The position numbers and the translations under genes are program-made. Under the pieces are notes generated by a model, which was not told the DNA's origin, searched no databases, and saw nothing but the letters and a program-made list of their open reading frames with translations. DNA of 64,000 bases, from positions 1,523-65,522 of the forward strand of contig CAZGRL010000001.1 of the NCBI GenBank assembly GCA_964528155.1, given 5' to 3'. This document shows, piece by piece, positions 62,124 to 64,000 of the stretch. Each line of letters begins with the position of its first letter. The stretch's first letter is position 1. Source of the DNA: an uncultured Anaerolineaceae bacterium (GTDB lineage: Bacteria > Chloroflexota > Anaerolineae > Anaerolineales > E44-bin32).

Positions 62124-64000
62124 TCAGCGAACCTCGATCAATACTGCGCGGACTACCGTCCTGCGCAGGTAGGATTCGCTGGCTTCATCATACAGGCTGC
62201 AAGTCATCAGTGTCAGCCAATCAAGCGTCTCGTGTCGAAGCACCGAGCGGTCGGTCGGTTCGACGCTGCTGACCTCGCGCACCTCATAGATGTAGTCCCG
62301 ACCGTACGCATGCACCGCCAACCGCTCACCCCAGCCGAGCCCGCCCAGGCCGGCGAACGGACCGGGCAGACCATCCGACGTGTAGGCGTGCGCAGTCAAC
62401 ACGGTATTGCCACGCCAGGTTGGGTAAGCCGTTCCTTCCAGCCAGCCGGCCTGACGATGAAGCCACGAGAGGTCCCATCCCGACTCGTCCAGCGGGACAC
62501 CCACGATCGGAACGACAACTCCGAGGCGCGGGATCTCCAGCCACAGCCCTCCCAGGTTGGTGTAGATGCCTGGATCATCCGGCACGTCTGTCACGCGGTC
62601 AGGCGCATATCCCGTCGCCGGGAGAGCGGCGACGGCCGCCACGGTGATCTCAGCCGTAGCGCTGACCCCGTAGACGTTGACCGGATCTCCTGGATCGTAC
62701 GTTCGCTCAACCGAAAGCGTGTTATGGCCGGACTGAGGAGAGGACACACTGCCGGGCAGGCTTGACCACTCCAACAGAGCCTGGTTCGTCAGGATGCTCC
62801 CGGGGCTGACACTGCCCAACACCGCCTGGAAGCGAACCTGACTGCTCGACCCGAGTGGGAAATCGTCCCAGCCCACGCTCAAGGCGGGTGCTGATCCGTC
62901 GTCGATGTCGTCCGGTTCAAGGCCGACGCCGGTCCATGCAAGCGAGCCGGCGACGTACGTCAATCCGGCAGGAATACTGTCGTCCAGGACAAGATCGAAG
63001 GCGTCGGCATCGCTGGCCCCGGTTTGGGCCAGATCGAGGGTGAAGGTGATCGTTTCGCCGGCCATTGCCACCGTCGGGGAGGCGCTCTTACTCAGACTCA
63101 GGTGTGGCTCAACCACGGTCACATTGGAAGCGGCCGCGCTGAGCGATCCATCCTCCCATTCCCAGGTGATCCCGTTGTTCAGATCGACACCCCGGATGTT
63201 GCCGGCGTTGTTCAAGACGACGGCGGTGTAGCGCACGGTCAGCGATTGCGAAGTTCCCGTTGGATTTCCCACGTCGCCGAAATCAAAGCTCACCCGTCGA
63301 CCCTGATCAGCAGCGGCCCCACTCCCTCCCGGCTCCTCACTGACTGTCGGCGAATCGCAGACATCGTCGAATGTTCCCACAGAAGTCGTGAGCGAGACTG
63401 ACGAAGGTGTGATGCTCTCACAGGCTACAAAGGCCAGGCCTCGATCCATTACGTCGGTCAGTGACATCTCGACCATAGTCCCCGGGGCGCTCCCAAGCAC
63501 CACGCTGTATGTGAGGATCTCACCGATCGCTGCGTCAGGAAGGTCCGTGAACGTCTGACTTGAGCCGGCGATCGATTTGCTCACTCCAACGATCGTGACC
63601 GTAGCACTATCGCTGTCGCTGACGGCATTCCCATCGTCATCGGTGCCGGAGGCTGTCACAGTGTCGGTCTCGCTGTCCCCTGCAGTTCCGGTCACACTGG
63701 CGCTGAAGACGCATTGATAGAAGCCGCCCGCAGCGATCGTCTGAGGCACGCCGCACGTCCCCAGGCCGTCGAGATCACCGTGGATCGAATCCGTCAGACT
63801 GGCGATCGTGACACTGTCGACCGCGCTGGAGTTATCAACTCGTACTGTGAAATCCACACTTCCACCAGGTGTGGGCAGACTGGTATGGGACGGGGTCTTG
63901 GTGACCGCGATCGAGGAGGGGACATCATTGATGTCGACATCGGCGCTGTCGTCGTCCGTGGCTGTGTTCGTCTCGTTGTCGGAGACCTCGGCCGTGACGG
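62124..64000 (-). CDS. Large repeat-rich surface protein (DUF11-like repeats) ending in LPATG plus a sortase catalytic domain; 5' end outside window
   Basis: The frame stays open to the window edge. Repeated Thr/Val/Asp-rich Ig-like segments lead to ALPATGYAP (62610-62624). A sortase-like domain follows: WLEIPRLGV..., GNTVLTAH, LTLMTCS (Cys at 62199-62201) and RRTVVRA. Confidence 0.8.
   Translation of the reverse strand, partial: VTAEVSDNETNTATDDDSADVDINDVPSSIAVTKTPSHTSLPTPGGSVDFTVRVDNSSAVDSVTIASLTDSIHGDLDGLGTCGVPQTIAAGGFYQCVFSASVTGTAGDSETDTVTASGTDDDGNAVSDSDSATVTIVGVSKSIAGSSQTFTDLPDAAIGEILTYSVVLGSAPGTMVEMSLTDVMDRGLAFVACESITPSSVSLTTSVGTFDDVCDSPTVSEEPGGSGAAADQGRRVSFDFGDVGNPTGTSQSLTVRYTAVVLNNAGNIRGVDLNNGITWEWEDGSLSAAASNVTVVEPHLSLSKSASPTVAMAGETITFTLDLAQTGASDADAFDLVLDDSIPAGLTYVAGSLAWTGVGLEPDDIDDGSAPALSVGWDDFPLGSSSQVRFQAVLGSVSPGSILTNQALLEWSSLPGSVSSPQSGHNTLSVERTYDPGDPVNVYGVSATAEITVAAVAALPATGYAPDRVTDVPDDPGIYTNLGGLWLEIPRLGVVVPIVGVPLDESGWDLSWLHRQAGWLEGTAYPTWRGNTVLTAHAYTSDGLPGPFAGLGGLGWGERLAVHAYGRDYIYEVREVSSVEPTDRSVLRHETLDWLTLMTCSLYDEASESYLRRTVVRAVLIEVR

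Overview
GC-rich bacterial chromosomal window with no transposases, integrases, phage genes or CRISPR arrays. Gene content looks like a Chloroflexota-type respiratory organism, but that taxon call is inference only. The window is dominated by electron-transport hardware. (1) A complete [NiFe]-hydrogenase maturation operon, hypA-B-F-C-D-E (1-5067, minus), has no structural hydrogenase in view. (2) A System I cytochrome c maturation operon, ccmE-F-H-G-(zinc-ribbon protein)-(diheme lipoprotein)-A-B-C-D (24.9-33.5 kb, minus), carries a Cys-variant CcmE. (3) A plus-strand block at 34.9-41.7 kb strings together a split CbcL-like 9-heme/cytochrome b pair, a NapC/NirT-like tetraheme protein and a Rieske/cytochrome b6/subunit IV-heptaheme complex. 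Three of its membrane subunits end in the same ~90 aa PSCyt1-like monoheme module, and this is my best candidate for an undescribed system. (4) Downstream sit a NarL-type two-component system whose kinase has two CxxCH motifs in its sensor loop, an Asp-less receiver-like protein and a collagen-repeat hexaheme lipoprotein (41.9-45.7 kb). (5) On the minus strand there is an octaheme/FeS/NrfD-like operon headed by a Cys-rich membrane protein and an unannotated 40-aa ORF (46.0-49.4 kb). A second NarL-type two-component system and a second Rieske/cytochrome b complex with two diheme cytochromes c follow (49.8-57.0 kb). The remainder is housekeeping: mutS2, tag, a fused E1 dehydrogenase, two-subunit fumarase, mobB, hpt, bfr, rnd, a beta-CASP RNase, tRNA-Ser and gnd. 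The window ends in a partial DUF11-type surface protein that carries LPATG plus its own sortase domain. Four genes look disrupted: two by single-base frame errors and two by large internal deletions. Several GC-rich hairpin repeats and one orphan promoter-terminator unit (candidate ~320 nt RNA) are also present. All functional calls rest on reading motifs by eye; no database search was possible.
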